DNA of 64,000 nucleotides from Epithemia pelagica. Taxonomy: Eukaryota > Protista > Bacillariophyta. The notes beneath the pieces are model-generated. The model made no database searches and had not been told where the DNA came from. It worked only from the letters and a program-made list of their open reading frames with translations. The stretch is from the NCBI GenBank assembly GCA_946965045.2, contig OX337234.1, positions 3,410,001 to 3,474,000 of the forward strand, in the 5' to 3' direction. A program made the position numbers and the translations under genes. Within the stretch, counting starts at the first letter, position 1, and every line of letters begins with the position of its first letter. This document shows positions 46,609-55,496 of this stretch, piece after piece.

Positions 46609-49359
46609 ATGACGAAGTCTTCTACCTTTTACGATCCTACGCTCGATGAAGAGCTAGCTGATACGGCCAAGGTTTCTCAGGATCCTGTTTCTGATGATGA
46701 GAAGAAGAAACCGGCTGATCCCGACAAGAAGAAGTCTTCTCGTGCTCGTCGTCGCTCCTCCTCTGGTTCAAGTGGTGGCAACCCGCCTCCTCCCAAACCT
46801 GAAGCCCCCAAGAAGGTCTCGAACCTTTCCACGAAGCTGTCCGTTCCTGTTCCCAAGATCTCTAATCGTTCCTCGTCTGACCTCTCTTTGAACGATAAAG
46901 CCATTGATCTTTCGGATGAATCGGTTCCTGGTGGTCGTGTTGGTGGGATCAAGTTCTCTCGTCGCTCCGACGTTTTTCTTCAAACCATCCCCATCTCCGA
47001 TGACATGAAGGCTAAGCATCTCTCCATCAAGCCTGTTGATTGGTCCGATTCTTTCGCTTCCGACCTTCACCTGTTGCTGGATGCTGACCACAAGGCCTAT
47101 TGGAATGAGTTTGTTCCCTTGTTCAACTCGGTATCCGATTCTGATGGTTTCCGTCAATTCATTTCAGGTAGCACAGACAGTCTCCCTCTTGCCTTCTTAG
47201 GATTCGATCCTAAGGGAAACCTCCGTGTGTTCCATAACGTGATCCAAGCTCCTCGTACTTCGGTTGACTCTTTCTTTCGCAAGTCTCCATCGAAATTCCT
47301 TTGTTTGACCAAGAAGCCTTTCGATAGTCCCCCGAACATGTTGGATCCTCAAGAACTTGATACTTTGCTACCCTCCTTCGAAATCGATGATGTTCCTTTG
47401 GGTGCTCACATCATTGACTTTTGCGTAGTTGATGTCAACGTTCCCCAAGGAGAGTCTTCTCGCCCAGCTCACCTTCCTCCCGATTTTCGCTTTGACTCTG
47501 CAAAACTCAAAGCTTTGGTCCAACCCACGACCATCTCGTCCGAGGATGAAGCCTTTTTTGAAGAATTCTCTACGAAGAAGTTTGCGATGCTCCATCCGAG
47601 TTTTGCTGGAGTTCTCTTGAACTTCTTTGACTCCAAGAGCAAAGAGTTGGACAAATCGTTGACTTCGCCTGAAGCCGTTGCCGCGGAGTTGTTCTCCTTT
47701 GTCATCCATCGTTGGTATCTTAGCCTTTCGGATGATGATTTATCCAAGATTAAGAGTTGTCCTACAGACTCGGAGTTGATTGTTGGTTTGTTTCCGATCC
47801 TTCAGTTTCTTTGGTGCGCTTCTCATGTTAGTCATCTCTTGGAACCAATTTCCTTTGAAGTTCCCGATGACTTTGGTTTAGCGGTCTCGGCCTTCAAGAA
47901 CCATTTGTTCAAGTTCTTTCCAGACGCGATTGTTGAACCATTCAGTCTGTTGGCTCCTTCCAATGGCTTACCTCCTCTATCGTCGTCCCTCCCCAAAAAT
48001 CCTCCTTCATTGAACCCTCCCCCTTCTTTTGCTTCGGCTGCTCCTCCCTCGGTTCCTCATGTAGGAGGTGTCTCTGCTGACACCATCTATTTGACAGAGA
48101 AGATGTCGGAGAATTTCTCAGAAGCACTGGCTCGTCACTCGACGAAATTGACGAAGGACCGTGACGACGAGAAGAAAGAGATTTTTAAGAACGCAAGTCA
48201 CCTCCGCAATGGTATTGTGTTCGGTCAAGTTGGCCCTTCCAGTCTCGAACTTCCTTCAGCCCCATCCGAAACTGCAGCTGATCTATTCAAGCAGAAGAGC
48301 ACCCATACCTTGTATTCGTCCATTCAGGCGAAGATCTTTCGTAAATCGGACAATGCCGGTTATATTTTGTTCAGCCAATGTGGGATTTTGCAGAAGTATG
48401 GCGTTCGTTGGCGTGCCGAAGATCTTCCCAGCGGGTTCTCTCCTTTCAGTTTCGACCCCTACAACTGCGCAGGTCCAGACTCTCATATGGCGTTGGACCA
48501 CGACATTCACCGCGACATTTATGAGTGTTCTCTGCGACACGATAACGGTTTATCGACGAAGGATATGCGGGACATCTTTACAAATGAAAAACTTTTCTGC
48601 CCCCTCACTTGCGATGAATTCTTGATGCAGCTTCGTTCTTATTATCTCTTTGCTTCTGCGATTTGGGGGAAGGAATGCTTCATCTCTATTCAAGTTCACA
48701 AGATGATCGAGCACCACCTTCGTCATCGTCATGTATACCGGAACAGTCAGTCTTACGATCACTCATTTCTTTCCCGTGTTTTGTTTTCGATTGACAACGC
48801 CGTGCAGCGTTTTATTGAAGACAATTTGGAAATGGCTGATTGTTTGGAGGATATCAGTGGGTCAAGCCTCACTTATCATATGGACAAGCTCTGTGATAAA
48901 ATTGACTCACGAGAGGATATTTGCAGAGAACTTCCCCGCTTTGTTGACTCGACACTCAGGACGAAGTTGAAGAAGCAGAATCCTTCCAATTCTTCTTCAC
49001 CTTCTCGTGGTAATGGCTCCTCCAACTCGAGCAACAACAGTCGCAAAAGGCCTGCCGACCGTGACGCCAATGATGGTCAAGCAATTCCCTGGACGAGATT
49101 TGATTCTCCCCCCGAGTGGTGCCTTCCAACGAACCTCAAGTACTCCAAAGTTTTTCCTCGTTCCGTCTTGGATAAGATTCCCAAGTTTTCATCCAATGGT
49201 GTCGTAAAGCCCTTTTGCAACAAATTGTTTTCCATGAAGAGTTGTCGTAATGGTACGAATTGTTATTTCAGCCACGAAGACCCTCGGAACCACGGTAAAG
49301 GAGAGGCTATGACTTCCTTTTATAAGAAAGCATATGCCGACGCTTCTCGCAATGAATGA
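46609..49359 (+). CDS. gag: Ngaro ORF1 (Gag-like) with C-terminal CCCH zinc finger
   Basis: 916-aa ORF starting 5 nt after A1; C-x8-C-x5-C-x3-H (CNKLFSMKSCRNGTNCYFSH). Confidence 0.85.
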   Translation: MTKSSTFYDPTLDEELADTAKVSQDPVSDDEKKKPADPDKKKSSRARRRSSSGSSGGNPPPPKPEAPKKVSNLSTKLSVPVPKISNRSSSDLSLNDKAIDLSDESVPGGRVGGIKFSRRSDVFLQTIPISDDMKAKHLSIKPVDWSDSFASDLHLLLDADHKAYWNEFVPLFNSVSDSDGFRQFISGSTDSLPLAFLGFDPKGNLRVFHNVIQAPRTSVDSFFRKSPSKFLCLTKKPFDSPPNMLDPQELDTLLPSFEIDDVPLGAHIIDFCVVDVNVPQGESSRPAHLPPDFRFDSAKLKALVQPTTISSEDEAFFEEFSTKKFAMLHPSFAGVLLNFFDSKSKELDKSLTSPEAVAAELFSFVIHRWYLSLSDDDLSKIKSCPTDSELIVGLFPILQFLWCASHVSHLLEPISFEVPDDFGLAVSAFKNHLFKFFPDAIVEPFSLLAPSNGLPPLSSSLPKNPPSLNPPPSFASAAPPSVPHVGGVSADTIYLTEKMSENFSEALARHSTKLTKDRDDEKKEIFKNASHLRNGIVFGQVGPSSLELPSAPSETAADLFKQKSTHTLYSSIQAKIFRKSDNAGYILFSQCGILQKYGVRWRAEDLPSGFSPFSFDPYNCAGPDSHMALDHDIHRDIYECSLRHDNGLSTKDMRDIFTNEKLFCPLTCDEFLMQLRSYYLFASAIWGKECFISIQVHKMIEHHLRHRHVYRNSQSYDHSFLSRVLFSIDNAVQRFIEDNLEMADCLEDISGSSLTYHMDKLCDKIDSREDICRELPRFVDSTLRTKLKKQNPSNSSSPSRGNGSSNSSNNSRKRPADRDANDGQAIPWTRFDSPPEWCLPTNLKYSKVFPRSVLDKIPKFSSNGVVKPFCNKLFSMKSCRNGTNCYFSHEDPRNHGKGEAMTSFYKKAYADASRNE

Positions 49360-52300
49360 CATGCGATCGGGTTGATTGATGATTCGGGTAGTCCATCCCT
49401 CGTTCCTTTCAGAAAAAATGTTTCTCTTGTTTCTCACTCAGATCGTTCAATCAACCCACCCATTCCCCCCTTAGTGTCTTCTCCTTTCTTCCCCCTACCA
49501 GTTCCCAGCGTTCCAGCTCCGTTGATTCCAGGTGTTTTCTCCGACGAGCGCCTTCCATGTGACGACGATATTCATTCCAAGATCTCAAGCCCCAGAAATT
49601 CTGATTGTGTTGTTTCGTCTGAGCCCAACTCTTTGATCCAATTTGCCCCTCGAGTTGCTGTCAGAGAGTTCTCAAGTTCCCAACCTACTTCGTCCCCCAA
49701 TACTTGTGCCCCAGTTCAACTGACCTCCCTACGAAGTATTCTTAAGGCTTCTAATTCCGATTCTTGTGTCCCAGCCCCCACGACTCAACGGCCCATTTCT
49801 CCAGACAATTCGGTTGATGGTGATACACTGTACTCCCCCAACAGAAGGCTTCTTCATTCCATACAAGAATCAGAACGCGTGCCGACCTCTCCTTCTATCA
49901 TGAAGCGCGATCTATTGTCTCAAAACTCAATTGGTAATTCTCGAGCTCTTGGTGCTTCACGACCTATCATCTCCTCTGATTCGAGTGGTATTCCTCTGAG
50001 TCGTAACATCTCGCGACTTAAGAACGAAATGCTAATGGGAGAACAAATCCTAGGTGAGTCCGAGACGTCCAGTACCAATTCCGATTACTTTATTCCCTTG
50101 CATTCGGGGATAGGTCGACCCTATTTGCCGAATGATCCCCGTGAAATCTTTACCGAAAAAGTCCATAGCCCCCCTCTGCTTCCTTGGAAGATTCGCCATT
50201 CCCTTTCCTTCATCAAACGAGTCTGTGCCTCCCCAGTTCCCCCTCCCAAGCCATCTCCGTTTAAACATGAACGCTCCTACGAAGCGGCCGTCTTCAATTC
50301 CATCTTGCTTCGGAAGAACGATTATGACCTTCAGCAAATTATAGACAAGAATCCAAGGTCGACGATCAGCCCAGGTTCCGAGTTTCGGCCAGTCGAAATT
50401 CTGGAAACATTCTTAGACCAGCATCCTTTCTGGCCCAAGATTAATGACATCATGCGTCATGGAGCCTTTTACAAATTCCAATTGGTTACATCTGATGAAG
50501 ACCGTTGCCGAGAAAACGAGGCGATCTTGAACTATGGAAATCACTCTTCGGCCCAAAAACGTCCCGAAGCTCTTATCAAGGTTTCGGAGAAGGATACAGC
50601 AGCTGGTTACTCATTCCCAGTAACGTTTGATTGTTGTAAAAAGATCCGTCATGGACGGGTTGGACCTTTGGGTGTGGCCCAGCATGCTGGAATCACCGAG
50701 TCAGGTGATATCGTGATGAAAGACCGACTCGCACATGACCAATCGTTTTCTTTTGGCCACGCTCCTTCCTTGAATCAAGCGGTTGATGAATCCGAACTGA
50801 TTGACCTCGTGTTTGGCTGGTGCATTGATAGAATCATCCACCAAGTTGTTGCATTACGATTGGAATTCCCAGACAAGCGCATCCTGGTATGCAAATTTGA
50901 TTGGGGCTCCGCCTATCGACGGATTAATGGAGACGGAGTGTTGATTGCCAATACAATTACGACAGATGCTTCAGGAGAATTCGCAAATCTCTTGACGCGA
51001 CTCACATTCGGCGGTAGTCCTCATCCAGCCATGTTCAGTACAATCTCGGAAGCCACCTGTGATTTTTGCAATGATCTTGTCTCGGTCAAGCGATGGTCCC
51101 CAGCCGTCTGTAAATCGCCGCTCCAAGACAAGATGGGCCCTGTCAAACGACTCGAAGATGATATTCCGTTTGCACAGGGACGTCCGTTGGCTGTGCAAGT
51201 CCTCACGAGTCCAGAGAGTTTCGTCGACGTGTACCTCGACGACATGGTGCAACTCTTCCTGGACACAGAGGAGAATCTGCGTCGATCCCCTGGTATAGTC
51301 CCTCTTGCACTCCATCTTTTGGTCCGCCCAACGGCACCAGATGAACCCATCAAGCGTTCCGATATCCTTGCAGCCGATAAGATGATGGCTGAAGGATCCC
51401 CATCCGAAGAAATGCGTGTCCTCGGTTGGCTCATTGACACTCGTCGTTTATTGTTACGTCTGCCAAACGAGAAGTTTATCAACTGGTCCAGATTGGTGCA
51501 ATCGTTTTTGGACCCACAGCGGAAGAATTTCAAATTCACCGAGATTGAGAGTTTGATCGGCAAGATGGACAACGCATGCAAAGGCATACCTCTTGCCCGG
51601 TACTTCATCAACCGTATTCGAGCATATAAAGACAAGTTGATATCCGACCATGCTGCCAAGCAGGACCCCGAAGCTCCTGCCTTCGTTAAGAGACCGAAAC
51701 CTTGGTACCGTTACAAGATGCCAGAAAATTTGAAACCCGATCTCCAAGTTTGGTTGAAATTGTTGAATCGCGCCAACGAAGGTATCAGTTTGAACCTGTT
51801 AACTTGTCGCCAACCAACGAACGTTGCGTTAGCCGACTCCTGCCCATTCGGCATGGGCGGTTTCTCTTTACGCACAGGACGAGCATGGCACGTCCGACTC
51901 GACCCTGCCGTAGTCGCGATGGCCTCCAATGCACAAGATATGGAGGACGATCCAAACTTAGGCTCCCCTGACTTGAAACTCTCCAACAACCTTTTTGAGT
52001 TCATCTGTCAGGTTGTAACGATTTGGTTAGACTGCATCGATGGTGTTCTCGGCAATGACGACTGCATTCTGGCCCTCTCGGATAGCAGCTCGGCCACGGG
52101 ATGGATGCACCGAGCATCCTATGGAACAAACAAACCCCACCACCGCAAGGTTTCGGAAAAGTTAGTCGACCTGTCCTTGCAACATCGATTTGCACTCCAT
52201 CCAGAACACGTACCGGGAAAGGCGAATCAAGTCACCGACGTTCTTTCGAGGACGTTTGATTGTTGCGATATAGAACTAACACAACTCATCCATTCTCGTT

Positions 52301-52716
52301 TCCCCGAACAGATTCCGAGCAATTTCAAGATCTTACCACTACCGACCGAAATACAATCATGGATCTCATCAGTCGCTCCGCAACTGCCCGTATCTTCTAC
52401 GGCAGAGTCGAATCAACAAGTGAGAGTCAAGACCGGACATGGCGACGATGGAACATCCACCTACGATTGTTCAAACTCACCGGCGACCCCTTTTTGGACG
52501 GAATCAAGACCCTCAGTACCCGAGCCCTCATCGTCAGCACTTTCTTGCAAAGACTACGGGACGGGTATTACAGTCGCAACCATGAGGGAGACCTTCGGGC
52601 GAGCACTGTTGAAAAAGCCACTGGCGAGTTGGCAGCGAAGTTTCGGTATCACGACAGGGCGAGCCCCTGCCACGTCCCGGGATGCAACCGGCTTCATCCC
52701 ATTGTTGAATCATTGA
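49360..52716 (+). CDS. pol: Ngaro ORF2: reverse transcriptase plus RNase H, in frame with ORF1 after a single TGA
   Basis: KFDWGSAYRRI, LTFGGSPHPAMF, YLDD; RNase H ADSCPFGMGG, NNLFE, SDSSSATGW, HVPGKANQVTDVLSR. First in-frame ATG only at 49900. Confidence 0.9.
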   Translation, partial: HAIGLIDDSGSPSLVPFRKNVSLVSHSDRSINPPIPPLVSSPFFPLPVPSVPAPLIPGVFSDERLPCDDDIHSKISSPRNSDCVVSSEPNSLIQFAPRVAVREFSSSQPTSSPNTCAPVQLTSLRSILKASNSDSCVPAPTTQRPISPDNSVDGDTLYSPNRRLLHSIQESERVPTSPSIMKRDLLSQNSIGNSRALGASRPIISSDSSGIPLSRNISRLKNEMLMGEQILGESETSSTNSDYFIPLHSGIGRPYLPNDPREIFTEKVHSPPLLPWKIRHSLSFIKRVCASPVPPPKPSPFKHERSYEAAVFNSILLRKNDYDLQQIIDKNPRSTISPGSEFRPVEILETFLDQHPFWPKINDIMRHGAFYKFQLVTSDEDRCRENEAILNYGNHSSAQKRPEALIKVSEKDTAAGYSFPVTFDCCKKIRHGRVGPLGVAQHAGITESGDIVMKDRLAHDQSFSFGHAPSLNQAVDESELIDLVFGWCIDRIIHQVVALRLEFPDKRILVCKFDWGSAYRRINGDGVLIANTITTDASGEFANLLTRLTFGGSPHPAMFSTISEATCDFCNDLVSVKRWSPAVCKSPLQDKMGPVKRLEDDIPFAQGRPLAVQVLTSPESFVDVYLDDMVQLFLDTEENLRRSPGIVPLALHLLVRPTAPDEPIKRSDILAADKMMAEGSPSEEMRVLGWLIDTRRLLLRLPNEKFINWSRLVQSFLDPQRKNFKFTEIESLIGKMDNACKGIPLARYFINRIRAYKDKLISDHAAKQDPEAPAFVKRPKPWYRYKMPENLKPDLQVWLKLLNRANEGISLNLLTCRQPTNVALADSCPFGMGGFSLRTGRAWHVRLDPAVVAMASNAQDMEDDPNLGSPDLKLSNNLFEFICQVVTIWLDCIDGVLGNDDCILALSDSSSATGWMHRASYGTNKPHHRKVSEKLVDLSLQHRFALHPEHVPGKANQVTDVLSRTFDCCDIELTQLIHSRFPEQIPSNFKILPLPTEIQSWISSVAPQLPVSSTAESNQQVRVKTGHGDDGTSTYDCSNSPATPFWTESRPSVPEPSSSALSCKDYGTGITVATMRETFGRALLKKPLASWQRSFGITTGRAPATSRDATGFIPLLNH

Positions 52717-53672
52717 AGAAGGCCTGGAAGAACCTCGATCCAGACGAGGCACGACAAAAAGCAATATCACCAAGACACCTCCGACATGCATGGATGGAAG
52801 CAACGAAATCCGTCAACGGCCACCGCGATCTTGTCTCCTTTCGCGCTTGCGCCGTTGAATTGTCTTGTGGTGGATACTTTTATGGGATGCGCAGTTGCGA
52901 ATACCTCACAGTCAAATACAGAGGTAAAACGAAACTGTTGACGATAGGAAACATCAAGTTCATGGTCGATGATGAACGACGAACGGAGATCGACCCTTGT
53001 GACCCAGACTTCGCCTCCAAGGCCATGTTCGTCTCAATAACCTTTATTTCTCAGAAGAACGGCGAGAAGAATCAGACGCGGACCCAAAGCAAAACCAACG
53101 ATACAATCCTTTGTCCGGTCCGATTGTGGGGGCGCATCATTCGACGTATCCTTTTTTACCGCCCCGATGCTGCACCCGACACGCCGGTTAATTGCTGGTT
53201 TGACCCAGACATAGCCAAACGCGGAGAAACACCCACACCGAGATTCATCCGATCGGAGGACACCATCAAGATCTTGCGATCCTCTTGTGCAACCGGAGGA
53301 GGATTTGAAAAATTCGGATACCGGCCCATGGAAATCGGAAACCATTCCATCCGATCGGGCGCCGCGATGGCCTTGTTCCTCGCCAAAGCATCAGTATTGA
53401 AGATTATGATCCTTGGGCGATGGTCGTCCGCTGCCTTTCTCCGATATATCCGTCCACAGGTGATGGAGTGGACGGCAGGAATGTCAACTCAAATGCTGAC
53501 AACACTCGACTTCAGGCACGTCGACCCTTCCACCGCCAACAACCGACCAACGGGCGACGCCGAGTCCATTCAAGCCAACCTTGAAGCCGCTATCGAATCC
53601 CCGGAAGAGATCAAGTTCACTGGCTCCGTCCCCTTCCAGCATTTTGACACGCAACTGAATCTGGAATTCTGA
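52260..53672 (+). CDS. Ngaro ORF3: tyrosine recombinase, overlapping the 3' end of ORF2 in another frame
   Basis: Catalytic R (GMRSCEY), K (SQKNG), H-x-x-R (NHSIRSG), W (GRWSS), Y (FLRYIR). First ATG at 52359. Confidence 0.92.
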   Translation: MLRYRTNTTHPFSFPRTDSEQFQDLTTTDRNTIMDLISRSATARIFYGRVESTSESQDRTWRRWNIHLRLFKLTGDPFLDGIKTLSTRALIVSTFLQRLRDGYYSRNHEGDLRASTVEKATGELAAKFRYHDRASPCHVPGCNRLHPIVESLKKAWKNLDPDEARQKAISPRHLRHAWMEATKSVNGHRDLVSFRACAVELSCGGYFYGMRSCEYLTVKYRGKTKLLTIGNIKFMVDDERRTEIDPCDPDFASKAMFVSITFISQKNGEKNQTRTQSKTNDTILCPVRLWGRIIRRILFYRPDAAPDTPVNCWFDPDIAKRGETPTPRFIRSEDTIKILRSSCATGGGFEKFGYRPMEIGNHSIRSGAAMALFLAKASVLKIMILGRWSSAAFLRYIRPQVMEWTAGMSTQMLTTLDFRHVDPSTANNRPTGDAESIQANLEAAIESPEEIKFTGSVPFQHFDTQLNLEF

Positions 53673-53711
53673 TGGCGTATCCAAATTGATGGAAGGTGCT
53701 CTTCAATGGTA

Positions 53712-54264
53712 CTGGGAGCCAGCACGGTTTCCCTTGGGCCTAGCGGCACACGCGTCTACTCCCCTAGCGTGTCCTAGACTGTCAAGACGAGAGAGACCTT
53801 CGCAACGACAGAACGCCGCGACTCTGCAGGATGACGTCGCTGGGTTGTCCCCTCGGTTTCTGTCGTGCTTTGGTCGCGGCGTGGCAGTGGATTGCAGACA
53901 GATGCGAAGAACAATGTGATGCGACTACAACCTGCTCCCGCGGTTGAGCGACTCCCAATGTCTCTGACGCGTCAGACATTGGATTGTCCCTGCGATCTGT
54001 ATGAGAGTCAAGCTCACAACTTGGAGATTTGTGAACTTGCCACTGCCATCCGAGTCGAGAGTGAGAAGGTCACGAGCAACTAGATAGTCTAAGAATCAAA
54101 AAATAACCCCCTACCCGCCCCTGGGAGCCAGCACGGTTTCCCTTGGGCCTAGCGGCACACGCGTCTACTCCCCTAGCGTGTCCTAGACTGTCAAGACGAG
54201 AGAGACCTTCGCAACGACAGAACGCCGCGACTCTGCAGGATGACGTCGCTGGGTTGTCCCCTCG
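53712..54264 (+). repeat. B1 (53712-53855), A2 (53856-54100), 20-bp spacer, B2 (54121-54264)
   Basis: B copies of 144 bp identical by eye; the B1|A2 abutment reproduces the predicted circle junction cctcg|gtttc. Confidence 0.95.
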
Positions 54265-54470
54265 CGGCCTGGAACGATTGCTTGGAATGTGGTTGCGCGC
54301 GATGGTAACATCGTTCGTACAAAGACTACCACAGTAGTGTTGCAGACCGAAGACTCCAGAATCAATCCTGCGGGATTCATCCACTCTTTCTTGTTGCAAG
54401 AAAAGTGTTTCTGCTGCCGCCACAATCATTGTAGATGAGTAGCATTGAAATAGAACGTAGATAGGAGGTA

Positions 54471-55085
54471 AGGGCTGGGTAAGCCGATCCATGTTCGGCT
54501 AAGTAGGTTCAGTACGAAAGCTACGTAGCGTACATAAAGTCCCATAGTACACGTCATACCTGAAATGGTGGGAAGTCCGAAAAAATGCAAAAACACTCCA
54601 CGATGACGGCGAGATCCGTTGATGCCGCATGCATTCACTCATGCATCGCATCAACATCCGACCACTGTGAGTTGTTTGCGTTTGCTAGTATTACTGTGTT
54701 CTACAGCTACAGAAGATTTGTCGCGTTGGATCAAAAGTTATACTCATTTTTCTGTGGTGCTGTAATCTAAAAACCTTCCTAACTCATTCATTTCTCAACG
54801 GTGACTGAATCAAATTGAACCCATAGTTGCTCTAGTATTAAAGAGTATTATTCTAAAAGTGATTCAGTTAGGCTCAATTATCCATGAAGTTATTGCCATG
54901 GGGGTGATTTCTTCGACCATCGTCGAGTGATGGTTTCCGGACTGCATTGTGTCTCGTGGCAGCAAGTTTTCGATTTGCGACTCGGTGTGACCATCCGCCC
55001 CACTTGTTACAGTCATGAAAATAGTACTACGTAGCTTAATGTACTGAGCCTACTTAGCCGAACATGGATCGGCTTACCCAGCCCT
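54471..55085. mobile_element. MITE (~615 bp) with 45-bp TIRs, flanked by TA
   Basis: 54471-54515 and 55041-55085 are inverted repeats with 1 mismatch; TA at 54469-70 and 55086-87; no coding capacity. Confidence 0.8.
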
Positions 55086-55243
55086 TACATAGGGCTCATT
55101 TTACCCAAACAACTACCGCAACTTGGGGTAAAATGACTGGATCACTCGGAAGCTCGTGAACCAAGTCACGAGTTGAAAATCAAGAATTTTTCAAAACAGT
55201 CCTGGCACCCAAGGCTCGTGAGCCAATCCGCTGGGTGTGCTTC

Positions 55244-55355
55244 CAAAATAGCGTGGTGTGGATGTTACAAAAACATAAAGAGTGACTACTAGGCACCTCC
55301 AACTTAGAGGAGCTATCTATCGCTAAACTTTCGCTCATAAACGCGACCCTTTCTC
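55244..55355 (-). repeat. 3' LTR
   Basis: Identical to 61400-61511; preceded on the element strand by purine-rich GAGGGGACC. Confidence 0.92.
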
Positions 55356-55496
55356 GGTCCCCTCGTGATCTAACTATCGTAATCATGCATTTTCTTCTTC
55401 TCCTTCTATCCATTCCAACTGGACCTGCTTAAAGATCAGTTCATCATCTGACTGCAGGACGTACCCAAACCTGTTTTCCAACAGTGGGAAACGCAC

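Larger units (their letters stand above)
46359..54264 (+). mobile_element. Full-length Ngaro-type (DIRS order) tyrosine-recombinase retrotransposon
   Basis: Split direct repeats A1 46359-46603, B1 53712-53855, A2 53856-54100, B2 54121-54264. Three intact ORFs (gag, RT/RNase H, YR); no methyltransferase domain and no TSD seen. Confidence 0.93.

Noticed and set aside
46359-54100. A1/A2 read as ordinary LTRs
   Set aside because: B repeats, the YR and the absence of TSD and integrase indicate split direct repeats.
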